Positions 1-19,504 are shown, numbered from the stretch's first letter. The stretch: DNA of 64,000 nt from the human T2T-CHM13v2.0 reference genome, Homo sapiens (GCF_009914755.1 NC_060948.1), one strand, 5' to 3'. The notes: generated by a model from the letters alone, not told the origin. Program-made: numbers and translations.

Positions 1-175
1 TAATTTCATATATAAGATGTATAATATGTATTATATATTATATATGTTATGTAATATATATAGTATATATAAGATGACACAGGATAAATATTATATACTA
101 TGACATATAAAATATAAGAGGTTATATGTTACATATAAGGCATAGCACATAACATGTAATATATATCATCTATAA

Positions 176-466
176 TTTTTTTTTAGACAGAGTCTTGTCC
201 TGTTGCACAGGGTGGGGTACAATGGCGCCATCTTTGCTCATTGCAACATCTGCCTCACGGGTCCAAGCGATTGTCCTCCCTCAGCCTCCCAGGTAGCTGG
301 GACTACACCACACTGGGACTACACCAGCTGCCACCATGCCTAGCTAATTTTTTGGATTTTAGTAGGGACAGCGTTTCACTGTATTGGCCAGGATGGTCTT
401 GATCTCTTCACCTTGTGATCCCCTTGCCTTGGCCTCCAAATTTGCTGGGATTACAGGCCTGAGCCA
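176..466 (-). mobile_element. Decayed Alu SINE, 5'-clipped (U1)
   Basis: T9 tail, then agacagagtcttg...cctcagcctcccaggtagctgggactaca...gctaattttttggattttagtag...ggccaggatggtcttgatctc...gctgggattacaggcctgagcca, the reverse complement of an Alu dimer lacking about 13 nt at its 5' end. Confidence 0.95.
297..326. repeat. 16-bp-period direct duplication inside the Alu (CTGGGACTACACCA x2), present in all units
   Basis: ctgggactacacca (297-310) + ca + ctgggactacacca (313-326); the Alu consensus has a single CTGGGACTACA. Confidence 0.9.
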
Positions 467-1040
467 AGATCCATATTTTTTAAATGCAAAAAAATTTCAA
501 AGGTACTCTGCTTGGTACAATAATCAAATGTATAAACTGAGGAATAAAACATAACCATGAAACCTACTTATAACTGCATATGGAAAATACAGAGGATAAT
601 TTTTTAAATAACATATTTTGAAAGCCTTAACTAGTAATTTGAAGAGTTGGCATTTGAAAGGCCAGTATGAATATACCTTCAAAGCAGCAACACAGGTTCC
701 CCATGAGAAAAAGCAAACTCAGGGAAAATAAAACCACAAAGGTTCAATCTCTTCTGACCTTTGAAAGACACAGCACAGAGAGTGGTCCTTAGGACGAAGA
801 GCAGGAGACCCCTAATTCCGTCACCATGGCGATAGGGCATAAACACTGCTGGGTGAGGGCACAATCCACATTGTGAGGTCCAACTGCTGCCAGGAAGACA
901 GGAGTGCTTTTACATAGACCGAAAGGTCATTGAAGGCTCAGAGTTTTGTTTCAAGAACTGAATCCCAAGCCCACACGTTATTAGGCTGCGCTTCTTAAAA
1001 CAAGTTATGAGATGGGAAAAAGGGCACCCACAAACATACG
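467..1040. repeat. HSATI-type segment (U1)
   Basis: ~575-bp complex-sequence block between the Alu 5' end and the AT module (ends ...gggcacccacaaacatacg); position and size match the HSATI part of DYZ2. Boundaries approximate. Confidence 0.8.
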
Positions 1041-2883
<1,843 letters not shown>

Positions 2884-3457
2884 AGATCCATATTTTTTAA
2901 ATGAAAAAAAATTTCAAAGGTACTCTGCTTGGTACAATAATCAAATGTATAAACTGAGGAATAAAACATAACCATGAAACCTACTTATAACTGCATATGG
3001 AAAATACAGAGGATAATTTTTTAAATAACATATTTTGAAAGCCTTAACTAGTAATTTGAAGAGTTGGCATTTGAAAGGCCAGTATGAATATACCTTCAAA
3101 GCAGCAACACAGGTTCCCCATGAGAAAAAGCAAACTCAGGGAAAATAAAACCACAAAGGTTCAATCTCTTCTGACCTTTGAAAGACACAGCACAGACAGT
3201 GGTCCTTAGGACGAAGAGCAGGAGACCCCTAATTCCGTCACCATGGCGATAGGGCGTAAACATTGCTGGGTGAGGGCACAATCCACATTGTGAGGTCCAA
3301 CTGCTGCCAGGAAGACAGGAGTGCTTTTACATAGACCGAAACGTCATTGAAGGCTCAGAGTTTTATTTCAAGAACTGAATCCCAAGCCCACACGTTATTA
3401 GGCTGCGCTTCTTAAAACAAGTTATGAGATGGGAAAAAGGGCACCCACAAACATACG
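2884..3457. repeat. HSATI-type segment (U2)
   Basis: Copy of 467-1040. Confidence 0.8.
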
Positions 3458-5011
3458 TATACATTATGTATATAATAATATACAGTATCATATATATAAT
3501 ATATATAACCTATGTATAATATTGTTTTACATCCTGCATCTTATATTATATATATTGTATAAAATATAACAATTGATAATATATAAGTTCTATATTTATA
3601 CAATATGACATATAGTATATATTATAATTTATGACATACATAATATATGTTATATATCATATATAGAATATATTATACGGTTAATATACGTATTAAATAT
3701 AAATTATACATTATATATATTATATATAATATATCTGTTATATATAATACCCATTATGCATAATATATATATTAGGTCTATATTATATATAGTATAAAAC
3801 AACATATAATAATATATAATTGTATATATAAAATGCGACATATAATATATATTATATTTTATGACATATGTAATATATATTATATATTATATATAATACG
3901 TTGTATGTATAATATCTATATTAAATATATATTATATGACTATGTTATTAATTACATGTCACATGTGTTATATATTATATATTTTACATAGAATATACCG
4001 GTTACATACAATATATACTATGTTACCTGTAATGTATAATTTAATACATGTAAAATAAAGAATGCAATATATTATGTATAATTTATAATATACAATATGT
4101 GGAATGTGATATATATAACATATAATATATGATATATGATATACAGTATATGATATATAACATACAATATATGATACCTAATATATATGGTATACAATAT
4201 ATATTTTATGATATGTATTCTCTATGTTTTACATTCTGTTATACATAACTATTTGAAATTATATATAACTGTATAATATTTTATGTAAATATGTAATATA
4301 ATATATATAACTATATAATATATTATATATAACTATATATTATGTTATATATACTTTTATAACATAATTTACATGAAATATCATAATATAATATATATTA
4401 TATTATTTCATATTACATAATATATATTACATATCACCCAATATAAGTAACATACATAATATTATAATATAGAATATATTATGTTATATTAAATATCATA
4501 TATATCATGTATCATATATGCTATAATATATATTAAACATTATATAATATGTATGTTGTCTATTATGTGATATATATAACTATATATATAATTATATTAT
4601 TATACATATAACTAGATAAACATGTAATTCTACATATTTAGATTTATAATATATATAATTATATAATCATATTTAATTATTTAAATTCTATAAAAAATTA
4701 TATCATTATATAAATTATAATATATAATAATTATAATATGTCCTACAAATATATATATTATATATCATATATGATATAGTACCTTTGTTATATATCATAA
4801 TATATATAAATGTGTATTATGTTATCTATAATGATATAATTTCATATATAAGATGTATAATATGTATTATATATTATATATGTTATGTAATATATATAGT
4901 ATATATAAGATGACACAGGATAAATATTATATACTATGACATATAAAATATAAGAGGTTATATGTTACATATAAGGCATAGCACATAACATGTAATATAT
5001 ATCATCTATAA

Positions 5012-5302
5012 TTTTTTTTTAGACAGAGTCTTGTCCTGTTGCACAGGGTGGGGTACAATGGCGCCATCTTTGCTCATTGCAACATCTGCCTCACGGGTCC
5101 AAGCGATTGTCCTCCCTCAGCCTCCCAGGTAGCTGGGACTACACCACACTGGGACTACACCAGCTGCCACCATGCCTAGCTAATTTTTTGGATTTTAGTA
5201 GGGACAGCGTTTCACTGTATTGGCCAGGATGGTCTTGATCTCTTCACCTTGTGATCCCCTTGCCTTGGCCTCCAAATTTGCTGGGATTACAGGCCTGAGC
5301 CA
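5012..5302 (-). mobile_element. Decayed Alu (U3)
   Basis: Near-identical copy of the U1 Alu. Confidence 0.95.
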
Positions 5303-5876
5303 AGATCCATATTTTTTAAATGCAAAAAAATTTCAAAGGTACTCTGCTTGGTACAATAATCAAATGTATAAACTGAGGAATAAAACATAACCATGAAACC
5401 TACTTATAACTGCATATGGAAAATACAGAGGATAATTTTTTAAATAACATATTTTGAAAGCCATAACTAGTAATTTGAAGAGTTGGCATTTGAAAGGCCA
5501 GTATGAATATACCTTCAAAGCAGCAACACAGGTTCCCCATGACAAAAAGCAAACTCAGGGAAAATAAAACCACAAAGGTTCAATCTCTTCTGACCTTTGA
5601 AAGACACAGCACAGAGAGTGGTCCTTAGGACGAAGAGCAGGAGACCCCTAATTCCGTCACCATGGCGATAGGGCATAAACACTGCTGGGTGAGGGCACAA
5701 TCCACATTGTGAGGTCCAACTGCTGCCAGGAAGACAGGAGTGCTTTTACATAGACCGAAAGGTCATTGAAGGCTCAGAGTTTTGTTTCAAGAACTGAATC
5801 CCAAGCCCACACGTTATTAGGCTGCGCTTCTTAAAACAAGTTATGAGATGGGAAAAAGGGCACCCACAAACATACG
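5303..5876. repeat. HSATI-type segment (U3)
   Basis: Copy of 467-1040. Confidence 0.8.
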
Positions 5877-7407
5877 TATACATTATGTATATAATAATAT
5901 ACAGTATCATATATATAATATATATAACCTATGTATAATATTGTTTTACATCCTGCATCTTATATTATATATATTGTGTAAAATATAATAATTGATTATA
6001 TATAAGTTTTATATTTATACAATATGACATATAGTATATATTATAATTTATGACATATATAATATATGTTATATATCATATATAGAATATATTATACGGT
6101 TAATATACGTATTAAATATAAATTATACATTATATATATTATATATAATATATCTGCTATATATAATACACATTATGCATAATATATATATTATGTCTAT
6201 GTTATGTATAGTATAAAACAACATATAATAATATATAATTGTATATATAAAATGCGACATATAATATATATTATATTTTATGACATCTGTAATATATATT
6301 ATATATTATATATAATACGTTGTATGTATAATACCTATATTAAATATATATTATATGACTATGTTATTAATTACATGTCACATATGTTATATATTATATA
6401 TTTTACATAGAATATACCGGTTACATACAATATATACTATGTTACCTATAATGTATAATTTATTACATGTAAAATAAAGAATGCAATATATTATGTGTAA
6501 TTTATAATATACAATATGTGGAATGTGATATATATAACATATAATATATGATATATGATATACAGTATATGATATATAACATACAATATATGATACCTAA
6601 TATATATGGTATACAATATATATTTTGTGATATGTATTCTATATGTTTTATATTCTGTTATATATAACTATTTGAAATTATATATAACTGTATAATATTT
6701 TATGTAAATATGTAATATAATATATATAACTTTTTAATATATTATATATAACTATATATTATGTTATATATACTTTTATAACTTAATTTACATAAAATAT
6801 CATAGTATAATATATATTATATTACTTCATATTACATAATATATATTACATATCACCCAATATAAGTAACATGCATAATATTATAATATACATTATATTA
6901 TGTTATATTAAATATCATATATATCATGTATCATATATTCTATAATATATATTATACATTATATAATATGCATGTTGTCTATTATGTGATATATATAACT
7001 ATATATATAAATATATTATTATACATATAACTAGATAAACATGTAATTCTACATATTTTCATTTATAATATATAGTATTACATAATCATATATAATTATT
7101 TATATTCTATAAAAAATTATATCATTATATAAATTATAATATATAAAAATTATAATATGTACTACAAATATATATATTATATATCATATATGATATAGTA
7201 CCTTTGTTATATATCATAATACATATAAATGTGTATTATGTTATCTATAATTATATAATTTCATATATAAGATGTATAATATTTATTATATATTATATAT
7301 GTTATGTAATATATATAGTATATATAAGATGACACAGGATAAATATTATATACTATGACATATAAAATATATGAGGTTATATGTTACATATAAGGCATAG
7401 CACATAA

Positions 7408-7722
<315 letters not shown>

Positions 7723-8296
7723 AGATCCATATTTTTTAAATGAAAAAAAATTTCAAAGGTACTCTGCTTGGTACAATAATCAAATGTATAAACTGAGGAA
7801 TAAAACATAACCATGAAACCTACTTATAACTGCATATGGAAAATACAGAGGATAATTTTTTAAATAACATATTTTGAAAGCCTTAACTAGTAATTTGAAG
7901 AGTTGGCATTTGAAAGGCCAGTATGAATATACCTTCAAAGCAGCAACACAGGTTCCCCATGAGAAAAAGCAAACTCAGGGAAAATAAAACCACAAAGGTT
8001 CAATCTCTTCTGACCTTTGAAAGACACAGCACAGACAGTGGTCCTTAGGACGAAGAGCAGGAGACCCCTAATTCCGTCACCATGGCGATAGGGCATAAAC
8101 ACTGCTGGGTGAGGGCACAATCCACATTGTGAGGTCCAACTGCTGTCAGGAAGACAGGAGTGCTTTTACATAGACCGAAAGGTCATTGAAGGCTCAGAGT
8201 TTTGTTTCAAGAACTGAATCCCAAGCCCACAGGTTATTAGGCTGCGCTTCTTAAAACAAGTTATGAGATGGGAAAAAGGGCACCCACAAACATACG
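7723..8296. repeat. HSATI-type segment (U4)
   Basis: Copy of 467-1040. Confidence 0.8.
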
Positions 8297-9825
8297 TATA
8301 CATTATGTATATAATAATATACAGTATCATATATATAATATATATAACCTATGTATAATATTGTTTTACATCCTGCATCTTATATTATATATAGTGTAAA
8401 ATATAATAATTGATAATATATAAGTTTTATATTTATACAATATGACATATAGTATATATTATAATTTATGACATATATAATATATGTTATATATCATATA
8501 TAGAATATATTATACGGTTAATATACGTATTAAATATAAATTATACATTATATATATTATATATAATATATCTGCTATATATAATACCCATTATGCATAA
8601 TATATATATTATGTCTATGTTATGTATAGTATAAAACAACATATAATAATATATAATTGTATATATAAAATGCGACATATAATATATATTATATTTTATG
8701 ACATCTCTAATATATATTATATATTATATATAATACGTTGTATGTATAATACCTATATTAAATATATATTATATGACTATGTTATTAATTACATGTCACA
8801 TATGTTATATATTATATATTTTACATAGAATATACCGGTTACATACAATATATACTATGTTACCTATAATGTATAATTTATTACATGTAAAATAAAGAAT
8901 GCAATATATTATGTGTAATTTATAATATACAATATGTGGAATGTGATATATATAACATATAATATATGATATATGATATACAGTATATGATATATAACAT
9001 ACAATATATGATACCTAATATATATGGTATACAATATATATTTTATGATATGTATTCTATATGTTTTATATTCTGTTATATATAACTATTGGAAATTATA
9101 TATAACTGTATAATATTTTATGTAAATATGTAATATAATATATATAACTATATAATATATTATATATAACTATATATTATGTTATATATACTTTTATAAC
9201 TTAATTTACATAAAATATCATAGTATAATATATATTATATTACTTCATATTACATAATATATATTACATATCACCCAATATAAGTAGCATACATAATATT
9301 ATAATATACATTATATTATGTTATATTAAATATCATATATATCATGTATCATATATTCTATAATATATATTATTCATTATATAATATGCATGTTGTCTAT
9401 TATGTGATATATATAACTATATATATAATTATATTATTATACATATAACTAGATAAACATGTAATTCTACATATTTTCATTTATAATATATAGAATTACA
9501 TAATCATATATAATTATTTATATTCTATAAAAAATTATATCATTATATAAATTATAATATATAAAAATTATAATATGTACTACAAATCTATATATTATAT
9601 ATCATATATGATATAGTACCTTTGTTATATATCATAATACATATAAATGTGTATTATGTTATCTATAATTATATAATTTCATATATAAGATGTATAATAT
9701 TTATTATATATTATATATGTTATGTAATATATATAGTATATATAAGATGACACAGGATAAATATTATATACTATGACATATAAAATATATGAGGTTATAT
9801 GTTACATATAAGGCATAGCACATAA

Positions 9826-10140
<315 letters not shown>

Positions 10141-10714
10141 AGATCCATATTTTTTAAATGAAAAAAAATTTCAAAGGTACTCTGCTTGGTACAATAATCA
10201 AATGTATAAACTGAGGAATAAAACATAACCATGAAACCTACTTATAACTGCATATGGAAAATACAGAGGATAATTTTTTAAATAACATATTTTGAAAGCC
10301 TTAACTAGTAATTTGAAGAGTTGGCATTTGAAAGGCCAGTATGAATATACCTTCAAAGCAGCAACACAGGTTCCCCATGAGAAAAAGCAAACTCAGGGAA
10401 AATAAAACCACAAAGGTTCAATCTCTTCTGACCTTTGAAAGACACAGCACAGACAGTGGTCCTTAGGACGAAGAGCAGGAGACCCCTAATTCCGTCACCA
10501 TGGCGATAGGGCATAAACACTGCTGGGTGAGGGCACAATCCACATTGTGAGGTCCAACTGCTGCCAGGAAGACAGGAGTGCTTTTACATAGACCGAAAGG
10601 TCATTGAAGGCTCAGAGTTTTGTTTCAAGAACTGAATCCCAAGCCCACAGGTTATTAGGCTGCGCTTCTTAAAACAAGTTATGAGATGGGAAAAAGGGCA
10701 CCCACAAACATACG
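10141..10714. repeat. HSATI-type segment (U5)
   Basis: Copy of 467-1040. Confidence 0.8.
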
Positions 10715-12268
10715 TATACATTATGTATATAATAATATACAGTATCATATATATAATATATATAACCTATGTATAATATTGTTTTACATCCTGCATCTTA
10801 TATTATATATATTGTGTAAAATATAATAATTGATAATATATAAGTTTTATATTTATACAATATGACATATAGTATATATTATAATTTATGACATATATAA
10901 TATATGTTATATATCATATATAGAATATATTATACGGTTAATATACGTATTAAATATAAATTATACATTATATATATTATATATAATATATCTGCTATAT
11001 ATAATACACATTATGCATAATATATATATTATGTCTATGTTATGTATAGTATAAAACAACATATAATAATATATAATTGTATATATAAAATGCGACATAT
11101 AATATATATTATATTTTATGACATCTCTAATATATATTATATATTATATATAATACGTTGTATGTATAATACCTATATTAATTATATATTATAGGACTAT
11201 GTTATTAATTACATGTCACATATGTTATATATTATATATTTTACATAGAATATACCGGTTACATACAATATATACTATGTTACCTATAATGTATAATTTA
11301 TTACATGTAAAATAAAGAATGCAATATATTATGTGCAATTTATAATATACAACATGTGGAATGTGATATATATAACATATAATATATGATATATGATATA
11401 CAGTATATGATATATAACATACAATATATGATACCTAATATATATGGTATACAATATATATTTTATGATATGAATTCTATATGTTTTATATTCTGTTATA
11501 TATAACTATTTGAAATTATATATAACTGTATAATATTTTATGTAAATATGTAATATAATATATATAACTATATAATATATTATATATAACTATATATTAT
11601 GTTATATATACTTTTATAACTTAATTTACATAAAATATCATAGTATAATATATATTATATTACTTCATATTACATAATATATATTACATATCACCCAATA
11701 TAAGTAACATACATAATATTATAATATACATTATATTATGTTATATTAAATATCATATATATCATGTATCATATATTCTATAATATATATTATACATTAT
11801 ATAATATGCATGTTGTCTATTATGTGATATATATAACTATATATATAATTATATTATTATACATATAACTAGATAAACATGTAATTCTACATATTTTCAT
11901 TTATAATATATAGAATTACATAATCATATATAATTATTTATATTCTATAAAAAATTATATCATTATATAAATTATAATATATAAAAATTATAATATGTAC
12001 TACAAATCTATATATTATATATCATATATGATATAGTACCTTTGTTATATATCATAATACATATAAATGTGTATTATGTTATCTATAATTATATAATTTC
12101 ATATATAAGATGTATAATATTTATTATATATTATATATGTTATGTAATATATATAGTATATATAAGATGACACAGGATAAATATTATATACTATGACATA
12201 TAAAATATATGAGGTTATATGTTACATATAAGGCATAGCACATAACATGTAATATATATCATCTATAA

Positions 12269-12560
<292 letters not shown>

Positions 12561-13134
12561 AGATCCATATTTTTTAAATGAAAAAAAATTTCAAAGGTAC
12601 TCTGCTTGGTACAATAATCAAATGTATAAACTGAGGAATAAAACATAACCATGAAACCTACTTATAACTGCATATGGAAAATACAGAGGATAATTTTTTA
12701 AATAACATATTTTGAAAGCCTTAACTAGTAATTTGAAGAGTTGGCATTTGAAAGGCCAGTATGAATATACCTTCAAAGCAGCAACACAGGTTCCCCATGA
12801 GAAAAAGCAAACTCAGGGAAAATAAAACCACAAAGGTTCAATCTCTTCTGATCTTTGAAAGACACAGCACAGACAGTGGTCCTTAGGACGAAGAGCAGGA
12901 GACCCCTAATTCCGTCACCATGGCGATAGGGCATAAACACTGCTGGGTGAGGGCACAATCCACATTGTGAGGTCCAACTGCTGCCAGGAAGACAGGAGTG
13001 CTTTTACATAGACCGAAAGGTCATTGAAGGCTCAGAGTTTTGTTTCAAGAACTGAATCCCAAGCCCACACGTTATTAGGCTGCGCTTCTTAAAACAAGTT
13101 ATGAGATGGGAAAAAGGGCACCCACAAACATACG
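12561..13134. repeat. HSATI-type segment (U6)
   Basis: Copy of 467-1040. Confidence 0.8.
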
Positions 13135-14660
13135 TATACATTATGTATATAATAATATACAGTATCATATATATAATATATATAACCTATGTATAATATT
13201 GTTTTACATCCTGCATCTTATATTATATATATTGTGTAAAATATAATAATTGATAATATATGTTTTATATTTATACAATATGACATATAGTATATATTAT
13301 AATTTATGACATATATAATATATGTTATATATCATATATAGAATATATTATACGGTTAATATACGTATTAAATATAAATTATACATTATATATATTATAT
13401 ATAATATATCTGCTATATATAATACCCATTATGCATAATATATATATTATGTCTATGTTATGTATAGTATAAAACAACATATAATAATATATAATTGTAT
13501 ATATAAAATGCGACATATAATATATATTATATTTTATGACATCTGTAATATATATTATATATTATATATAATACGTTGTATGTATAATACCTATATTAAA
13601 TATATATTATATGACTATGTTATTAATTACATGTCACATGTGTTATATATTATATATTTTACATAGAATATACCGGTTACATACAATATATACTATGTTA
13701 CCTATAATGTATAATTTATTACATGTAAAATAAAGAATGCAATATATTATGTATAATTTATAATATACAATATGTGGAATGTGATATATATAACATATAA
13801 TATATGATATATGATATACAGTATATGATATATAACATACAATATATGATTCCTAATATATATGGTATACAATATATATTTTATGATATGTATTCTATAT
13901 GTTTTATATTCTGTTATATATAACTATTTGAAATTATATATAACTGTATAATATTTTATGTAAATATGTAATATAATATATATAACTATATAATATATTA
14001 TATATAACTATATATTATGTTATATAAACTTTTATAACATAATTCACATAAAATATCATAATATAATATATATTATATTATTTCATATTACATAATATAT
14101 ATTACATATCACCCAATATAACTAACATACATAATATTATAATATAGATTATATTATGTTATATTAAATATCATATATATCATGTATCATATATTCTATA
14201 ATATATATTACACATTATATAATATGTATGTTGTCTATTATGTGATATATATAACTATATATATAATTATATTTTTATACATATAACAACATAAACATGT
14301 AATTCTACATATTTTCATTTATAATATGTAGAATTATATAATCATATATAATTATTTATATTCTATAAAAAATTTTATCATTATATAAATTATAATATAT
14401 AAAAATTATAATATGTACTACAAATATATATATTATATATCATATATGATATACCTTTGTTATATATCATAATACATATAAATGTGTATTATGTTATCTA
14501 TAATTATATAATTTCATATATAACTTGTATAATATGTATCATATATTATATATGTTATGTAATATATATAGTATATATAAGATGACACAGGATAAATATT
14601 ATATACTATGACATATAAAATATATGACGTTATATGTTACATATAAGGCATAGCACATAA

Positions 14661-14975
<315 letters not shown>

Positions 14976-15549
14976 AGATCCATATTTTTTAAATGAAAAA
15001 AAATTTCAAAGGTACTCTGCTTGGTACAATAATCAAATGTATAAACTGAGGAATAAAACATAACCATGAAACCTACTTATAACTGCATATGGAAAATACA
15101 GAGGATAATTTTTTAAATAACATATTTTGAAAGCCTTAACTAGTAATTTGAAGAGTTGGCATTTGAAAGGCCAGTATGAATATACCTTCAAAGCAGCAAC
15201 ACAGGTTCCCCATGAGAAAAAGCAAACACAGGGAAAATAAAACCACAAAGGTTCAATCTCTTCTGACCTTTGAAAGACACAGCACAGACAGTGGTCCTTA
15301 GGACGAAGAGCAGGAGACCCCTAATTCCGTCACCATGGCGATAGGGCATAAACACTGCTGGGTGAGGGCACAATCCACATTGTGAGGTCCAACTGCTGCC
15401 AGGAAGACAGGAGTGCTTTTACATAGACCGAAAGGTCATTGAAGGCTCAGAGTTTTGTTTCAAGAACTGAATCCCAAGCCCACAGGTTATTAGGCTGCGC
15501 TTCTTAAAACAAGTTATGAGATGGGAAAAAGGGCACCCACAAACATACG
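14976..15549. repeat. HSATI-type segment (U7, B/A chimera)
   Basis: Copy of 467-1040; B allele at 15228, A allele at 15243. Confidence 0.8.
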
Positions 15550-17103
15550 TATACATTATGTATATAATAATATACAGTATCATATATATAATATATATAA
15601 CCTATGTATAATATTGTTTTACATCCTGCATCTTATATTATATATATTGTGTAAAATATAATAATTGATAATATATAAGTTTTATATTTATACAATATGA
15701 CATATAGTATATATTATAATTTATGACATATATAATATATGTTATATATCATATATAGAATATATTATACGGTTAATATACGTATTAAATATAAATTATA
15801 CATTATATATATTATATATAATATATCTGCTATATATAATACCCATTATGCATAATATATATATTATGTCTATGTTATGTATAGTATAAAACAACATATA
15901 ATAATATATAATTGTATATATAAAATGCGACATATAATATATATTATATTTTATGACATCTCTAATATATATTATATATTATATATAATACGTTGTATGT
16001 ATAATACCTATATTAAATATATATTATATGACTATGTTATTAATTACATGTCACATATGTTATATATTATATATTTTACATAGAATATACCGGTTACATA
16101 CAATATATACTATGTTACCTATAATGTATAATTTATTACATGTAAAATAAAGAATGCAATAGATTATGTGCAATTTATAATATACAACATGTGGAATGTG
16201 ATATATATAACATATAATATATGATATATGATATACAGTATATGATATATAACATACAATATATGATACCTAATATATATGGTATACAATATATATTTTA
16301 TGATATGAATTCTATATGTTTTATATTCTGTTATATATAACTATTTGAAATTATATATAACTGTATAATATTTTATGTAAATATGTAATATAATATATAT
16401 AACTATATAATATATTATATATAACTATATATTATGTTATATATACTTTTATAAATTAATTTACATAAAATATCATAGTATAATATATATTATATTACTT
16501 CATATTACATAATATATATTACATATCACCCAATATAAGTAACATACATAATATTATAATATACATTATATTATGTTATATTAAATACCATATATATCAT
16601 GTATCATATATTCTATAATATATATTATACATTATATAATATGCATGTTGTCTATTATGTGATATATATAACTATATATATAATTATATTATTATACATA
16701 TAACTAGATAAACATGTAATTCTACATATTTTCATTTATAATATATAGAATTACATAATCATATATAATTATTTATATTCTATAAAAAATTATATCATTA
16801 TATAAATTATAATATATAAAAATTATAATATGTACTACAAATCTATATATTATATATCATATATGATATAGTACCTTTGTTATATATCATAATACATATA
16901 AATGTGTATTATGTTATCTATAATTATATAATTTCATATATAAGATGTATAATATTTATTATATATTATATATGTTATGTAATATATATAGTATATATAA
17001 GATGACACAGGATAAATATTATATACTATGACATATAAAATATATGAGGTTATATGTTACATATAAGGCATAGCACATAACATGTAATATATATCATCTA
17101 TAA

Positions 17104-17395
<292 letters not shown>

Positions 17396-17969
17396 AGATC
17401 CATATTTTTTAAATGAAAAAAAATTTCAAAGGTACTCTGCTTGGTACAATAATCAAATGTATAAACTGAGGAATAAAACATAACCATGAAACCTACTTAT
17501 AACTGCATATGGAAAATACAGAGGATAATTTTTTAAATAACATATTTTGAAAGCCTTAACTAGTAATTTGAAGAGTTGGCATTTGAAAGGCCAGTATGAA
17601 TATACCTTCAAAGCAGCAACACAGGTTCCCCATGAGAAAAAGCAAACTCAGGGAAAATAAAACCACAAAGGTTCAATCTCTTCTGATCTTTGAAAGACAC
17701 AGCACAGACAGTGGTCCTTAGGACGAAGAGCAGGAGACCCCTAATTCCGTCACCATGGCGATAGGGCATAAACACTGCTGGGTGAGGGCACAATCCACAT
17801 TGTGAGGTCCAACTGCTGCCAGGAAGACAGGAGTGCTTTTACATAGACCGAAAGGTCATTGAAGGCTCAGAGTTTTGTTTCAAGAACTGAATCCCAAGCC
17901 CACACGTTATTAGGCTGCGCTTCTTAAAACAAGTTATGAGATCGGAAAAAGGGCACCCACAAACATACG
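17396..17969. repeat. HSATI-type segment (U8)
   Basis: Copy of 467-1040. Confidence 0.8.
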
Positions 17970-19504
17970 TATACATTATGTATATAATAATATACAGTAT
18001 CATATATATAATATATATAACCTATGTATAATATTGTTTTACATCCTGCATCTTATATTATATATATTGTGTAAAATATAACAATTGATAATATATAAGT
18101 TTTATATTTATACAATATGACATATAGTATATATTATAATTTATGACATATATAATATATGTTATATATCATATATAGAATATATTATACGGTTAATATA
18201 CGTATTAAATATAAATTATACATTATATATATTATATATAATATATCTGCTATATATAATACCCATTATGCATAATATATATATTATGTCTATGTTATGT
18301 ATAGTATAAAACAACATATAATAATATATAATTGTATATATAAAATGCGACATATAATATATATTATATTTTATGACATCTGTAATATATATTATATATT
18401 ATATATAATACGTTGTATGTATAATACCTATATTAAATATATATTATATGACTATGTTATTAAGTACATGTCACATGTGTTATATATTATATATTTTACA
18501 TAGAATATACCGGTTACATACAATATATACTATGTTACCTATAATGTATAATTTATTACATGTAAAATAAAGAATGCAATATATTATGTATAATTTATAA
18601 TATACAATATGTGGAATGTGATATATATAACATATAATATATGATATATGATATACAGTATATGATATATAACATACAATATATGATTCCTAATATATAT
18701 GGTATACAATATATATTTTATGATATGTATTCTATATGTTTTATATTCTGTTATATATAACTATTTGAAATTATATATAACTGTATAATATTTTATGTAA
18801 ATATGTAATATAATATATATAACTATATAATATATTATATATAACTATATATTATGTTATATAAACTTTTATAACATAATTTACATAAAATATCATAATA
18901 TAATATATATTATATTATTTCATATTACATAATATATATTACATATCACCCAATATAACTAACATACATAATATTATAATATAGATTATATTATGTTATA
19001 TTAAATATCATATATATCATGTATCATATATTCTATAATATATATTACACATTATATAATATGTATGTTGTCTATTATGTGATATATATAACTATATATA
19101 TAATTATATTTTTATACATATAACAACATAAACATGTAATTCTACATATTTTCATTTATAATATGTAGAATTATATAATCATATATAATTATTTATATTC
19201 TATAAAAAATTTTATCATTATATAAATTATAATATATAAAAATTATAATATGTACTACAAATATATATATTATATATCATATATGATATACCTTTGTTAT
19301 ATATCATAATACATATAAATGTGTATTATGTTATCTATAATTATATAATTTCATATATAACTTGTATAATATGTATCATATATTATATATGTTATGTAAT
19401 ATATATAGTATATATAAGATGACACAGGATAAATATTATATACTATGACATATAAAATATATGAGGTTATATGTTACATATAAGGCATAGCACATAACAT
19501 GTAA

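Noticed and set aside
395-466. Functional Pol III promoter or active Alu source elements
   Set aside because: The 5' end is clipped, the A and B boxes are altered (GGCTCAGGCC; GATCAAGAC), the tail is only A9-10 and no convincing target-site duplication is visible. The copies were amplified as satellite units, not by retrotransposition.
679-864. 61-aa minus-strand ORF (MCPHPA...) open in all 27 units
   Set aside because: It starts at TTG (caa at 862-864), not ATG, and has no recognisable domain. Unit-to-unit variants freely change amino acids. Its persistence is explained by the near-identity of the repeats.
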